This document shows, one piece after another, positions 36,559 to 45,708 of a stretch of 64,000 bases of DNA. The position numbers and the translations under genes are program-made. This DNA is from an uncultured Candidatus Saccharibacteria bacterium (lineage in GTDB: Bacteria > Patescibacteriota > Saccharimonadia > Saccharimonadales > 2-12-FULL-41-12). The DNA lies in assembly GCA_964615775.1 (NCBI GenBank), contig CAZTQB010000004.1:4624-68623 (forward strand), in the 5' to 3' direction. The notes beneath the pieces were generated by a model that saw only the letters and a list, made by a program, of their open reading frames with translations, made no database searches and was not told the origin of the DNA. Each line of letters begins with the position of its first letter. The first letter of the stretch is position 1.

Positions 36559-36784
36559 AAACCAACTAACTACTGTTCAGCTTACGTTAGCCATAGCTAT
36601 TTTTGCTGGTCTAACTTACATTTTTGGTTCATTAGCTATAGATAGCGGTAAAATTATCTACTGGCTATTAACTATTATTATGCTTACAGAGACAATAGAT
36701 TTAATAGTAGGATTAGTTATACGCGGGAAATCACAAACTAAAAAAGATGCCAGAGCAAGAACAAAGAAAAAAAGAACAGCTTGA
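36539..36784 (+). CDS. Small two-TM membrane protein with a basic tail
   Basis: 81 aa with two hydrophobic helices. Overlaps the pnp 3' end by 20 nt and the UDG 5' end by 38 nt. Confidence 0.4.
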   Translation: MLRKIYKNQLTTVQLTLAIAIFAGLTYIFGSLAIDSGKIIYWLLTIIMLTETIDLIVGLVIRGKSQTKKDARARTKKKRTA

Positions 36785-37328
36785 ACAGATTAAAGCAGAT
36801 ATTTTAAAGAGTAATATCTGCTCAAATTTGGCTCAAGATGCCACCCAATTAGTTATGGGTCAGGGCAGTTTCGAGGCAAAGATTGTGTTTATTGGCGAAG
36901 CTCCTGGTAAACAGGAAGATTTACAAGGGATACCGTTTGTTGGTTCCGCCGGTAAGCTGCTAGATGAGATGCTAGCCAGTATTGGACTAGATCGAGCTAG
37001 CGTGTACATTACTAACATCGTAAAATATCGTCCACCAAATAACCGAGATCCGCTGCCAGATGAAAAACAAGTGTTCTGGCCGTTTCTACTAAGAGAGCTA
37101 AAGGTAATTGACCCGCAATTAGTGGTCTGCCTAGGTAGACATAGTATGGGCTATTTTTTGCCTAATGCCCGCATTACCGAAGCTCATGGTAAGGTAGGTA
37201 GGGCAATTTTAGGAGATAAAGAAGTAAAGGTTTTGCCTCTGTATCATCCAGCAGCAGCACTCTACAACGGTGGATTACGTCAAACATTATTTAACGATTT
37301 TAAAAATATTAAGCAAATAATTTTATAA
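36747..37328 (+). CDS. udg: Uracil-DNA glycosylase, family 4 type
   Basis: GEAPGKQEDLQGIPFVGSAGKLL, NIVKYRPPNNR and LYHPAAAL motifs. Confidence 0.88.
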   Translation: MPEQEQRKKEQLEQIKADILKSNICSNLAQDATQLVMGQGSFEAKIVFIGEAPGKQEDLQGIPFVGSAGKLLDEMLASIGLDRASVYITNIVKYRPPNNRDPLPDEKQVFWPFLLRELKVIDPQLVVCLGRHSMGYFLPNARITEAHGKVGRAILGDKEVKVLPLYHPAAALYNGGLRQTLFNDFKNIKQIIL

Positions 37329-37348
37329 ACCAGAAAAAAGGAGAAATT

Positions 37349-39406
37349 ATGCAACCAAAACAACAAAATAAAAGAAATAATAGATTGGAGAAAAAAACTA
37401 ATCAAAACCAAGCTTCCGCTAAGCGACCAATTAGTCGTGGCGAGGCAATCAGGGCTCAGAAGCGTAGTATTGATGATGCTATGCGTATTGCTAACCAGTA
37501 TCTTGATGCAGGCAGCACTACACAAAATTCCGAGCAGCAGTCGCGTCGGGCAAATTTTATTGATGATAGTCCCAAATTAAAAATAATTGGTATGGGTGGT
37601 ATGGACGGTGGCGGTTCCAAGAACTGTATTCTAGTCGAATATAAAGATGATCTTGTAATTATGGACTACGGTTCAGATTTAGGCGTTGACCTGCCAGGCA
37701 TTAACTACGGTATCTGTGACATGAGCTACTTAGAATCCGTCAAACACAAGCTAAAGGGCTATGTCATTACCCATGGCCACCTTGATCATATTGGTGGCTT
37801 GCCTCATCTTTTGCCAAAGTTTCCTGCACCGGTTTACGGTAGTCGGTTTACGATTGGCCGAGTAGAAGAAATTTTTGAGAATTTTGGTTTAGCGATGCCT
37901 GAAGGCTTTGAGCTTAGAACTGTGGCCATGAATGAAGATACGCACGAGCGTCTAAAAATAGGTGATTTTTTTGTAGAGTTAGTCAGAGTAACGCACTCAA
38001 TCCCAGGTAGTACTTGTATAGTGCTAGATACGCCGGTTGGACGTATCATTAACACTGGTGATTTTCGGCTTGATCCTAACCCACTGGACCACGAGAAAAC
38101 TGATGTCGAGCGACTAAAAGAGCTAGGTAACGAAGGTGTGTTGGCCTTACTGAGCGAAAGTACTACCTGTGATCGCCCAGGTCGGACGCCATCAGAAAGT
38201 ACCATTGAGCAAAGTTTTATCAATATTATGGATAATGCTCCAGGGCGTTGCTTTATGGCGATGTTCTCGACCAATATTAACCGTATCCAGATGATTATTA
38301 ATGCTGCCTCGCATCATGGACGTAAGATTGCTCTCGATGGTCGCAGCTTAGTCAGCACGCTGGAGATGGCGGTTCGCCATGGTTTTGTAAAGATTCCTAA
38401 AGGTACAATTGTGCCAATCGCTAGCGTGCCAAATATGAAAGACGACCAAGTAGTAGTAGTTTGTACCGGCTCTCAGGGTGAGCCAAATTCGGCACTACAA
38501 CGTATGGCTGCCGGTGAACACAAATTTATTAAACTCAAGCCACAAGATACGGTAGTACTTAGTTCTACGCCGATCCCAGAGACTGGTAATGATGCTTTGA
38601 TTGGCAATATGGTCGACGACATGATGCGAAAGGGCGTGCATGTATTTAGGCACGAAACTTACGTACTCGATAATTGTGGTCCACTACACGTATCTGGTCA
38701 TGCCAGCCTCGACGAATATAAAGAAATGATCCAAATGACACGTCCTAAATTTTTTATCCCAATTTACGGAGCTTACCGTGTTAAACAGCGTCATATAGAG
38801 GCAGCTATTGAGGAAGGCATACCACGAACCAACACCATCAATGCCGAAAACGGCCAAGTTATCGCTCTTGATGGTAATAAGCTTGAGCTAGCCGGTGATG
38901 TACCACATGGTGTTATCTTGGTAGACCAAACAGGTGCGGTAGTAAGCAATATCGTTGTTAAAGATCGCCTGATGCTTTCACAGGAAGGTCTAGTGGCGGT
39001 AGTGTTAACGATCGACAAAAAATCAGGTCAACTTATGACTAGCCCAGATATTATTAGTCGTGGCTTTATATATATGAAAGACCAAGAAGAACTGATGAAT
39101 GCTTTCAGAATTGAACTTAAGCGAGCAGTAGCTCAGCGATTTAAGCGTATAGACTTAGACCGGTTTAAAGCCGAGCTTCGTGAGCATGTTACTCATTTTT
39201 TGTATGAGCAAACCGGACGTAGTCCAATCGTTATACCTGTGATTAATATCATTGGTGGTAAGCAGCAGGGCGGTAATGGCTCCAAGAAGTCAAAGAATGG
39301 CAATCCTCAACCAGCTAAGTCTCCAGAGCAAGAGGCCAAAGAGCTGCAAGAACGTTTTGCTAAAATGCGACAAAAACTTCTTAACCAAGACGCTCGTACC
39401 GACTAG
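37349..39406 (+). CDS. rnj: Ribonuclease J, with basic N- and C-terminal extensions
   Basis: THGHLDHIGG metallo-beta-lactamase motif, beta-CASP region and HVSGHAS. About 75 aa of basic N-terminal extension. SD AAGGAG. Confidence 0.93.
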   Translation: MQPKQQNKRNNRLEKKTNQNQASAKRPISRGEAIRAQKRSIDDAMRIANQYLDAGSTTQNSEQQSRRANFIDDSPKLKIIGMGGMDGGGSKNCILVEYKDDLVIMDYGSDLGVDLPGINYGICDMSYLESVKHKLKGYVITHGHLDHIGGLPHLLPKFPAPVYGSRFTIGRVEEIFENFGLAMPEGFELRTVAMNEDTHERLKIGDFFVELVRVTHSIPGSTCIVLDTPVGRIINTGDFRLDPNPLDHEKTDVERLKELGNEGVLALLSESTTCDRPGRTPSESTIEQSFINIMDNAPGRCFMAMFSTNINRIQMIINAASHHGRKIALDGRSLVSTLEMAVRHGFVKIPKGTIVPIASVPNMKDDQVVVVCTGSQGEPNSALQRMAAGEHKFIKLKPQDTVVLSSTPIPETGNDALIGNMVDDMMRKGVHVFRHETYVLDNCGPLHVSGHASLDEYKEMIQMTRPKFFIPIYGAYRVKQRHIEAAIEEGIPRTNTINAENGQVIALDGNKLELAGDVPHGVILVDQTGAVVSNIVVKDRLMLSQEGLVAVVLTIDKKSGQLMTSPDIISRGFIYMKDQEELMNAFRIELKRAVAQRFKRIDLDRFKAELREHVTHFLYEQTGRSPIVIPVINIIGGKQQGGNGSKKSKNGNPQPAKSPEQEAKELQERFAKMRQKLLNQDARTD

Positions 39407-39426
39407 TAAGGCCACCATAAAGTGAT

Positions 39427-39460
39427 AAAAATCTGACTAAGCAATTAGTCAGATTTTTAT
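39427..39460 (+). terminator. Intrinsic terminator after rnj
   Basis: AAAAATCTGACTAA-gcaa-TTAGTCAGATTTTT, a perfect stem with a T-tract. Confidence 0.85.
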
Positions 39461-39577
39461 TTAGATACAAATTTGCATAAATTCATAAAAAGCATAACTA
39501 TACTTGACTTTTTATGATGTTTATGCTAAATTAGTATTATAAACAAAAAATAAAAACAATAATAAGGAATAATTATT

Positions 39578-41308
39578 ATGAATGAAACGTTAACTAGCCC
39601 ACAATCTCCAAGACAAAATCCGGGAGAACCTATGCCTATTGATGATGGTGAAATATTAACGTATGAGATGTTTGAAAAAGAGATATCACCAGAAGATAAG
39701 CGGAAACAGCTTGACTCTGTTTATAAAGATGTCCTGAGAAACGAGAAAGAAGCTCTAGGCTCTCAGCTAGGTTCTGATGTGCATGAAGTCGATACAATTA
39801 AACTAAGCCGTGATAAGTCTATAAGTATGATAGATACTGAAAAACTGGACGACCACGAACAAGCGTTGTGGGAGCTGAACACGATACTTAAAGGATTTGA
39901 TCACTATGATATAAGAGACTTGCCAAAGCTTTTGGGAGTACCAAGAGGCAAAATGTCGGCACTCGAGCATAAAAAAGCACAGGCTGAGCATCTTGAAAAA
40001 GTTGCTAATGTGATAGATGCACGTATAGAAAAACGAAATCGTGATGGCGACTATCATGATAAAAAAGTTGCCCATAACAAACGTTTAGCAGAGCAAGCAA
40101 AAGCTACAAAAAACCATGAACGAAAAGTGCAGAGAGCTGCAAAAAGCGAGGTAGAAGCTCACATAAAAGAAATGGCAGCAGCTGAGTTTGGTAGACTTGC
40201 TTTAGTGCATGGTCATATTTTTATTGAAAGAGATCCAGAGTTGGAAAAACAACTAAAATCTAAGGCTGAACAGAATGCTCGAGACAAGTTCAATGCAGAT
40301 GCTGAGCTAAAAGAGATTATTGAGAACGAAGCTGGTCAAAAGGCCAAACAAATCGTAGGTGAAGCACCAAAGGATCCTAATGCTTATTATTATGATTCAG
40401 ACGAGTCAAAAGAAGTTCGCGAAAAACAACTGGCAGACAAAAAAGAGCGAGCAGTATCACACAAGTCTGCTGTAGATTCTTTCCATAGGTCGTTCAACAA
40501 GAAAGATAAAGATCCATCTGAGGAGATTATAGAAATACTTGGTTTACCCGAAGGTGATTTACAGGAAATTATTGACCAAGATAGTCCTGAGGAAGGTGAA
40601 GATGTAGGTAATAAGACTTCATCATTAGTTGAAAAAGCTGCAAATAAGCCACAAAAACGCGGTTGGCTTAATCGAGTCAAGGAAACTTGGAACGCACAGC
40701 CAGCTGTAAGGTTTGACGGCAAAGATCATAACGGCAACCCTGTGCCGGGCAAGAAAGTCGGTGAAGCTATAGTTGATGAAAGATACAGGAAGTATGAGAA
40801 AAAACATGTAGTTGCCTTGGGTGCTTTAGCTTTAGTTCCTGTTGTTGTCACCGCAGCCGGTTACGCAAACAGCAAGGGTGTATATGTCGACACTTCACAC
40901 TTCATGCCAAATTCTGGTAATGGAGAAGCACCTTTACGCAACGTGTCCGAATATGCATCTACGGCTGGTAGGGACCTAAACCATATTAAGGATCAGGCTG
41001 TTGGTCAGTTGAGCAATTCTGGAGCGTCTCCACACAAAGTACTTGAACACGCTGCCGCAGCCGGCGACCTAAGTCACGCAAAAGACAGTATTGTTGAGCA
41101 ACTTAGTAGCTCTAATGGTACAGTTTGGGAACATGTAAGTAAGCACTTAGGTGAGAATGCAAAAAATGTAGATGTTGAAAGGTTTACAAAAAGAATATTA
41201 GATGCAAACGGACTTACATGGGATGAGGCAAGACATCTACCCGATAACTATAAATTCAATGTCCCTCGAGAATTAATTGAGCAAATGCACAAAATTCGTA
41301 GTTCTTAA
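39578..41308 (+). CDS. Hypothetical bitopic protein: about 410-aa highly charged, coiled-coil-like N-terminal region, one TM, and a C-terminal ectodomain with an internal repeat
   Basis: TM is VVALGALALVPVVVTAAGYA. Repeat units are AGRDLNHIKDQAVGQLSNSG...VLEHA and AGDLSHAKDSIVEQLSSSNG.VWEHV. SD AAGGAA. Confidence 0.6.
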   Translation: MNETLTSPQSPRQNPGEPMPIDDGEILTYEMFEKEISPEDKRKQLDSVYKDVLRNEKEALGSQLGSDVHEVDTIKLSRDKSISMIDTEKLDDHEQALWELNTILKGFDHYDIRDLPKLLGVPRGKMSALEHKKAQAEHLEKVANVIDARIEKRNRDGDYHDKKVAHNKRLAEQAKATKNHERKVQRAAKSEVEAHIKEMAAAEFGRLALVHGHIFIERDPELEKQLKSKAEQNARDKFNADAELKEIIENEAGQKAKQIVGEAPKDPNAYYYDSDESKEVREKQLADKKERAVSHKSAVDSFHRSFNKKDKDPSEEIIEILGLPEGDLQEIIDQDSPEEGEDVGNKTSSLVEKAANKPQKRGWLNRVKETWNAQPAVRFDGKDHNGNPVPGKKVGEAIVDERYRKYEKKHVVALGALALVPVVVTAAGYANSKGVYVDTSHFMPNSGNGEAPLRNVSEYASTAGRDLNHIKDQAVGQLSNSGASPHKVLEHAAAAGDLSHAKDSIVEQLSSSNGTVWEHVSKHLGENAKNVDVERFTKRILDANGLTWDEARHLPDNYKFNVPRELIEQMHKIRSS

Positions 41309-41339
41309 ATAGTTTATTATTTAAAAACATTCACCGCTT

Positions 41340-41375
41340 AAATAGCTCGGCTTACTCCGAGCTATTTATTTTATG
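41340..41375 (+). terminator. Intrinsic terminator
   Basis: AAATAGCTCGG-cttact-CCGAGCTATTT, followed by ATTTTAT. Confidence 0.65.
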
Positions 41376-41434
41376 TTAATATTGACTTTTGTGGTAAAAT
41401 ATGCTACAATCAAAGAGTAAATTACAAATAAAAA

Positions 41435-41443
41435 TGGTATAAT
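41435..41443 (+). promoter_or_regulatory. Extended -10 box TGGTATAAT, 7 nt upstream of the ftsK ATG (leaderless-type)
   Basis: TATAAT at 41438-41443, gap tactctt, ATG at 41451. Confidence 0.6.
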
Positions 41444-41450
41444 TACTCTT

Positions 41451-43694
41451 ATGGCTAAAAAGAAACACAAATCAAAAACTAAAAAAATACCAGTCAAAGC
41501 CAGCCCAAGCGAAAGGTCGGTAGTTTGGCCTTATGTAGGTATGGTATTTATGGTACTTTTGGCGGCAATAATTGGTCTAGGTAGTTTTAATACTGGCGGC
41601 AAAATGCCAATTATGATATTTGATGGTTTTAGTTGGTTGATAGGAATTGCTGCTTTTATTCTGCCAGTTGCATTAGTATTTTTGGTTTTTGTTAAGTTTA
41701 GAAATGAAGAGCATTTAATACCAAAAGGTCGCTTATTGGCTCTAGTAGGTTTTTTTGTGAGTTTATCGGCTTTTGCCCATGTAGCTTTTGTAAAACTACC
41801 CGACAGTACTAGTGTAATGATAAGTGAAGCGACTGGTGGCAAAGGTGGACATCTTGGCTCACTAATTGGTGGAGTAGTGTTAGACGCACTTGATAAAATT
41901 CCGGCAGTTATTTTGCTAATGTTGATTAGTCTGGTCTTGCTGTTTTTAGGGTTTTATATTCCGTTTAGATTGTTAGCAGCTCCTTTTAAGAAAAAGGAAA
42001 AAGATAAAGACACTGATCTTGGTGACCTAAAAGAAAAGCATTTTAAATTAAACGCTGGTGTGCCAACAGTGGGTACGCCTGAGCCTATAGAACCGCCTAA
42101 ACCAAAGCCGCGTCTGAGTAGCTTTCGCAATGCTGCTCGGGACAGCGAAAGACCTACTGGTAAATCTGATGAAGCACTGATAACTACCAATGATACGGAC
42201 TGGAAGTTTCCATCTGTTAGCTTACTAAACCAAACTCAGGATAAAGCCAATGCTGGTGATGTAAATGGCAATGCAGACGTGATTCGTGAAACATTTAATA
42301 ACTTCAATATTGATGTTGTTATGGAAGGAGCTAACATTGGGCCGCGTGTTACGCAGTATACACTGCGTCCTCCTACAGGAGTAAAATTGACCAAAATCAC
42401 AGCTCTCGAAAATAATTTGGCTCTGGATTTGGCGGCAACCTCGATTCGTATGGAGGCTCCTATCCCTGGCAAGAGACTAGTAGGTATAGAAGTGCCAAAT
42501 ATTAAGTCAGCGACAGTGCGTTTGAGTAGTTTGCTGCTAACAAATGAGTGGGAACAGGAAAAATCCAGACCACTTAATTTTGCGATTGGTAAAGATATAT
42601 CAGGTAAATCGGTTTATGGTGATCTAGCAAAAATGCCACACCTTTTGGTAGCTGGTCAGACTGGTTCTGGTAAATCAGTAATGATTAATACTATTTTAAC
42701 TAGTCTTTTGTATCATAATTCGCCATCAGATATGAAGTTGATTTTGGTGGATCCGAAGACGGTCGAAATGGCTCCCTACGATGATATACCACACCTTCTA
42801 ACACCTGTGATTACCGAACCAGAGAAGTGTATGAGTGCTTTGAAATGGGCAGTAGCTGAGATGGAGCGACGCTATAGAACTCTAGCTGAGGTTAAAAAGC
42901 GAAATATTGCCGAGTACAATGCACTTAAAAAAGAAGAGAGCATGCCATATATTGTGATTGTGATTGACGAGTTGGCGGATCTTATGATGATGGCAGCTCG
43001 CGATGTTGAAGCTTTGATTGTACGAATTGCCCAGAAGGCTCGAGCAGTCGGTATACACTTGATTTTGGCCACACAAAGGCCAAGTGTTGACGTAATTACT
43101 GGATTGATTAAGGCTAATGTGCCGGCCCGGATAGCCTTTACGACTACTTCGCAGGTAGACTCGCGAACTATTATCGACCAAGTTGGTGCCGAGAAGTTGC
43201 TTGGTAGAGGTGATATGCTTTATAAAACTAGTGAAATGCCGCAGCCAATCCGTGTTCAAGGCTCTCTAATAGACGACAACGAAACCAATAAAGTTACGGA
43301 CTTTTTGCGAGAGCAAAGGCAGCCACAATACGATGATGAGGTGGTAGCTCAGCCAGTTCAGTTTAATGGCAAGGGTGGAGTTGTGGCACCGATGGCTAGT
43401 AATGATGCTGATGACGACATGTGGGAAGATGCAGTTAGGGTAGTCATAGAAGGTCGAAAGGCTAGTACTAGCTTGCTGCAAAGGCGACTAAGAGTTGGCT
43501 ATGCTCGAGCAGCAAGACTGATCGAGACAATGGAGGAGCAAGGCATAGTCAGTCATGCTGATGGTTCGAAAGCTAGAGAAGTTTTGGTTAGTAGTATGGA
43601 TGAAGTTTTTGGTGGTGAGTCTGCCATGGAAGAAGCAAACTATGGTCAGGAACTTGGTGATGAGACGCCTGAAGAGAATTATCTGGCAAAATAA
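41451..43694 (+). CDS. ftsK: DNA translocase FtsK
   Basis: N-terminal TM helices, a linker, motor domain (GQTGSGKSV, VIDELADL, ATQRPS) and gamma domain (LLQRRLRVGYARAARLIETMEEQGIV). Confidence 0.96.
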   Translation: MAKKKHKSKTKKIPVKASPSERSVVWPYVGMVFMVLLAAIIGLGSFNTGGKMPIMIFDGFSWLIGIAAFILPVALVFLVFVKFRNEEHLIPKGRLLALVGFFVSLSAFAHVAFVKLPDSTSVMISEATGGKGGHLGSLIGGVVLDALDKIPAVILLMLISLVLLFLGFYIPFRLLAAPFKKKEKDKDTDLGDLKEKHFKLNAGVPTVGTPEPIEPPKPKPRLSSFRNAARDSERPTGKSDEALITTNDTDWKFPSVSLLNQTQDKANAGDVNGNADVIRETFNNFNIDVVMEGANIGPRVTQYTLRPPTGVKLTKITALENNLALDLAATSIRMEAPIPGKRLVGIEVPNIKSATVRLSSLLLTNEWEQEKSRPLNFAIGKDISGKSVYGDLAKMPHLLVAGQTGSGKSVMINTILTSLLYHNSPSDMKLILVDPKTVEMAPYDDIPHLLTPVITEPEKCMSALKWAVAEMERRYRTLAEVKKRNIAEYNALKKEESMPYIVIVIDELADLMMMAARDVEALIVRIAQKARAVGIHLILATQRPSVDVITGLIKANVPARIAFTTTSQVDSRTIIDQVGAEKLLGRGDMLYKTSEMPQPIRVQGSLIDDNETNKVTDFLREQRQPQYDDEVVAQPVQFNGKGGVVAPMASNDADDDMWEDAVRVVIEGRKASTSLLQRRLRVGYARAARLIETMEEQGIVSHADGSKAREVLVSSMDEVFGGESAMEEANYGQELGDETPEENYLAK

Positions 43695-43721
43695 ACCAAC
43701 TAGAGTGTCAGAAATTGTGAT

Positions 43722-44420
43722 ATGCTTTTAAGCATAAGCTATATGGATATAAATAGTCGTAAAAACAATAACCAGCAGTATGATAATGCGGTCTACAAGG
43801 ACGAATGGGCTTTTTTAAATAGTCCAAGCGAACCACCTAAGCAGCCGTCGCTTTTTGCTAAGTACAAAAAGCTAATTTTATTTATGCTGGTACCGATGAT
43901 AATTATTACTATCCTGGCGGCTATTTACTCATTTACCAAAAAAGATAGTAGCTTGCCGTTGGCTCAAACTAATGTAGCTACTTCGCAGTATGATGGGCAG
44001 TATTTTTCTATGAATTATGCGAGTTCACTTCGCAAGGATACTGACGAAAAGCTAGAAGATGGCAGTAATGGCTGGTTTTTGTCGTTTGCCGAGGAAGATT
44101 ACGAAAATACTAAGTATAAAATTTTTGTAAAAGTTAGTGATCAGCCGCCCAACGAAGAAGCTAGTCAAGAATCGCTAAATCAGGTAGTAGATGAAGGTAT
44201 TGAGCTAAGCAATATTACCAGCTCTGAAGTAAGTCTAGCGGGTGATACAGCTACAAAATACGTGGGTGAGTACACAAATGATATTGCAACCAAAAATGTG
44301 TTTTATGTTACGACTCATAAGAACGGCAAATACCTAACCGTTAGTGGCGAGTACAACAAAGATAACAGTGATATTTCTAATAGTCTTGATGCTATGCTTG
44401 ACTCAGTAAAGCTAAAATAA
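43722..44420 (+). CDS. Hypothetical membrane-anchored protein
   Basis: Single TM LILFMLVPMIIITILAAIYSF and a beta-rich ectodomain. The start is uncertain (ATG 43722 or ATG 43743). Confidence 0.5.
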   Translation: MLLSISYMDINSRKNNNQQYDNAVYKDEWAFLNSPSEPPKQPSLFAKYKKLILFMLVPMIIITILAAIYSFTKKDSSLPLAQTNVATSQYDGQYFSMNYASSLRKDTDEKLEDGSNGWFLSFAEEDYENTKYKIFVKVSDQPPNEEASQESLNQVVDEGIELSNITSSEVSLAGDTATKYVGEYTNDIATKNVFYVTTHKNGKYLTVSGEYNKDNSDISNSLDAMLDSVKLK

Positions 44421-44585
44421 ATCACCGAGATTACTATTTCCGTTTAGGTTGAATAAGTTGAGGTTTTCTGGTAAAATAAAATAGTTAATAAACTTAAGTT
44501 TCAGGTTAGGGCCAAGAAAGAAGAGTGCCTAGCCAGATACCTTGGCAATTATTGTCTAAGGGACCAGAGGAAAGGAGTCGTTTAG

Positions 44586-44966
44586 TTGAACGACTATGAA
44601 GTAGCAGTTTTGCTTGATCCAGGTCTAGAAGCAGACCTAGAAAAAGGCACAAAAAAACTCGAAAAAATTTTTGCCGATAGTGACGTAAAAATCACAAAAA
44701 CCGATAATTGGGGTAAGAAAAAACTGGCTTATAAAATCAAAGGTCAGGACCATGCTGTATACATTTTTTATACAGTTGAGATGGATGCTCAAGCTGTCAG
44801 GAAAGTTGAATCACTACTGAATATCACCACTGAAGTAATGCGATATTTGGTTAGTAAAGTTGATCATAAATCTATAAAAAAGGCTGAAGAAATTCGCAAG
44901 TTCAAAGTAGAGAGAGCTGCCAACAGAACTGGCAGAGACGAAGAAGAAACTGAAGAACAAGATTAA
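44586..44966 (+). CDS. rpsF: 30S ribosomal protein S6
   Basis: YEVAVLLDP...KLAYKIKG motifs and an acidic tail. TTG start with SD AAAGGAG. Confidence 0.93.
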   Translation: MNDYEVAVLLDPGLEADLEKGTKKLEKIFADSDVKITKTDNWGKKKLAYKIKGQDHAVYIFYTVEMDAQAVRKVESLLNITTEVMRYLVSKVDHKSIKKAEEIRKFKVERAANRTGRDEEETEEQD

Positions 44967-44984
44967 GAAATTTAGGAGGGTAAA

Positions 44985-45437
44985 ATGGCACGATCATTTA
45001 ATCAGGTAACATTAATGGGTAACTTAACCCGCGATCCAGAGTTGCGGCAAATACCAAGCGGTCAGAGTGTTTGTAGCTTTAGTCTAGCACTAAATCGTAG
45101 CTATAAAGGCGGTGACGGTAATTGGCAAGAAGCCGTGGATTACGTGGACGTAGTTGCTTGGGCAAACTTGGGAGAGCGAGTAGCTCAGTATATGAAGAAG
45201 GGTAGCCCAGTACTAGTTAGTGGTCGTTTACAGAGCCGACAGTGGGAACAGGATGGACAAAAACGCAGTAAATTAGAGGTTGTGGCAGTTGACGTGACCT
45301 TTATTGGCAATAAAAATGATGATGGCGGGAATAGTAATCAGTCATATGAACCACAAGCAAAATCTTCTAAGAAAGAAGATGTGGTTGTAGATAATATTGG
45401 TGACGAACCGATTAACCTAGATGATATCCCGTTTTAA
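44985..45437 (+). CDS. ssb: Single-stranded DNA-binding protein
   Basis: OB fold NQVTLMGNLTRDPELRQ and an acidic C-terminal tip DDIPF. Confidence 0.96.
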   Translation: MARSFNQVTLMGNLTRDPELRQIPSGQSVCSFSLALNRSYKGGDGNWQEAVDYVDVVAWANLGERVAQYMKKGSPVLVSGRLQSRQWEQDGQKRSKLEVVAVDVTFIGNKNDDGGNSNQSYEPQAKSSKKEDVVVDNIGDEPINLDDIPF

Positions 45438-45470
45438 TTCTATATAATTGAAAGGATTAATTAAATAATT

Positions 45471-45674
45471 ATGGCAAAAATTTTTAAACAAAGTACAGAT
45501 GTACCATATTTTGACTACAAAGATTTTAAGACTTTACAAAAGTATGTGAATCAATATGGTCAGATTGAAGCTCGAAAAAAAACTGGACTAACAGAGACCG
45601 AACAGAAACGTTTGGCAATTGCTATCAAGCGAGCTAGACACTTGGCACTAATGCCGTTTGTGGCCACAAACTAG
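45471..45674 (+). CDS. rpsR: 30S ribosomal protein S18
   Basis: FDYKDFKTLQKYVNQYGQIEARKKTGLTETEQKRLAIAIKRARHLALMPF. Confidence 0.95.
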   Translation: MAKIFKQSTDVPYFDYKDFKTLQKYVNQYGQIEARKKTGLTETEQKRLAIAIKRARHLALMPFVATN

Positions 45675-45708
45675 GTAAAATTTATCAGGAAAGTAGCAAG
45701 ATATAAGT

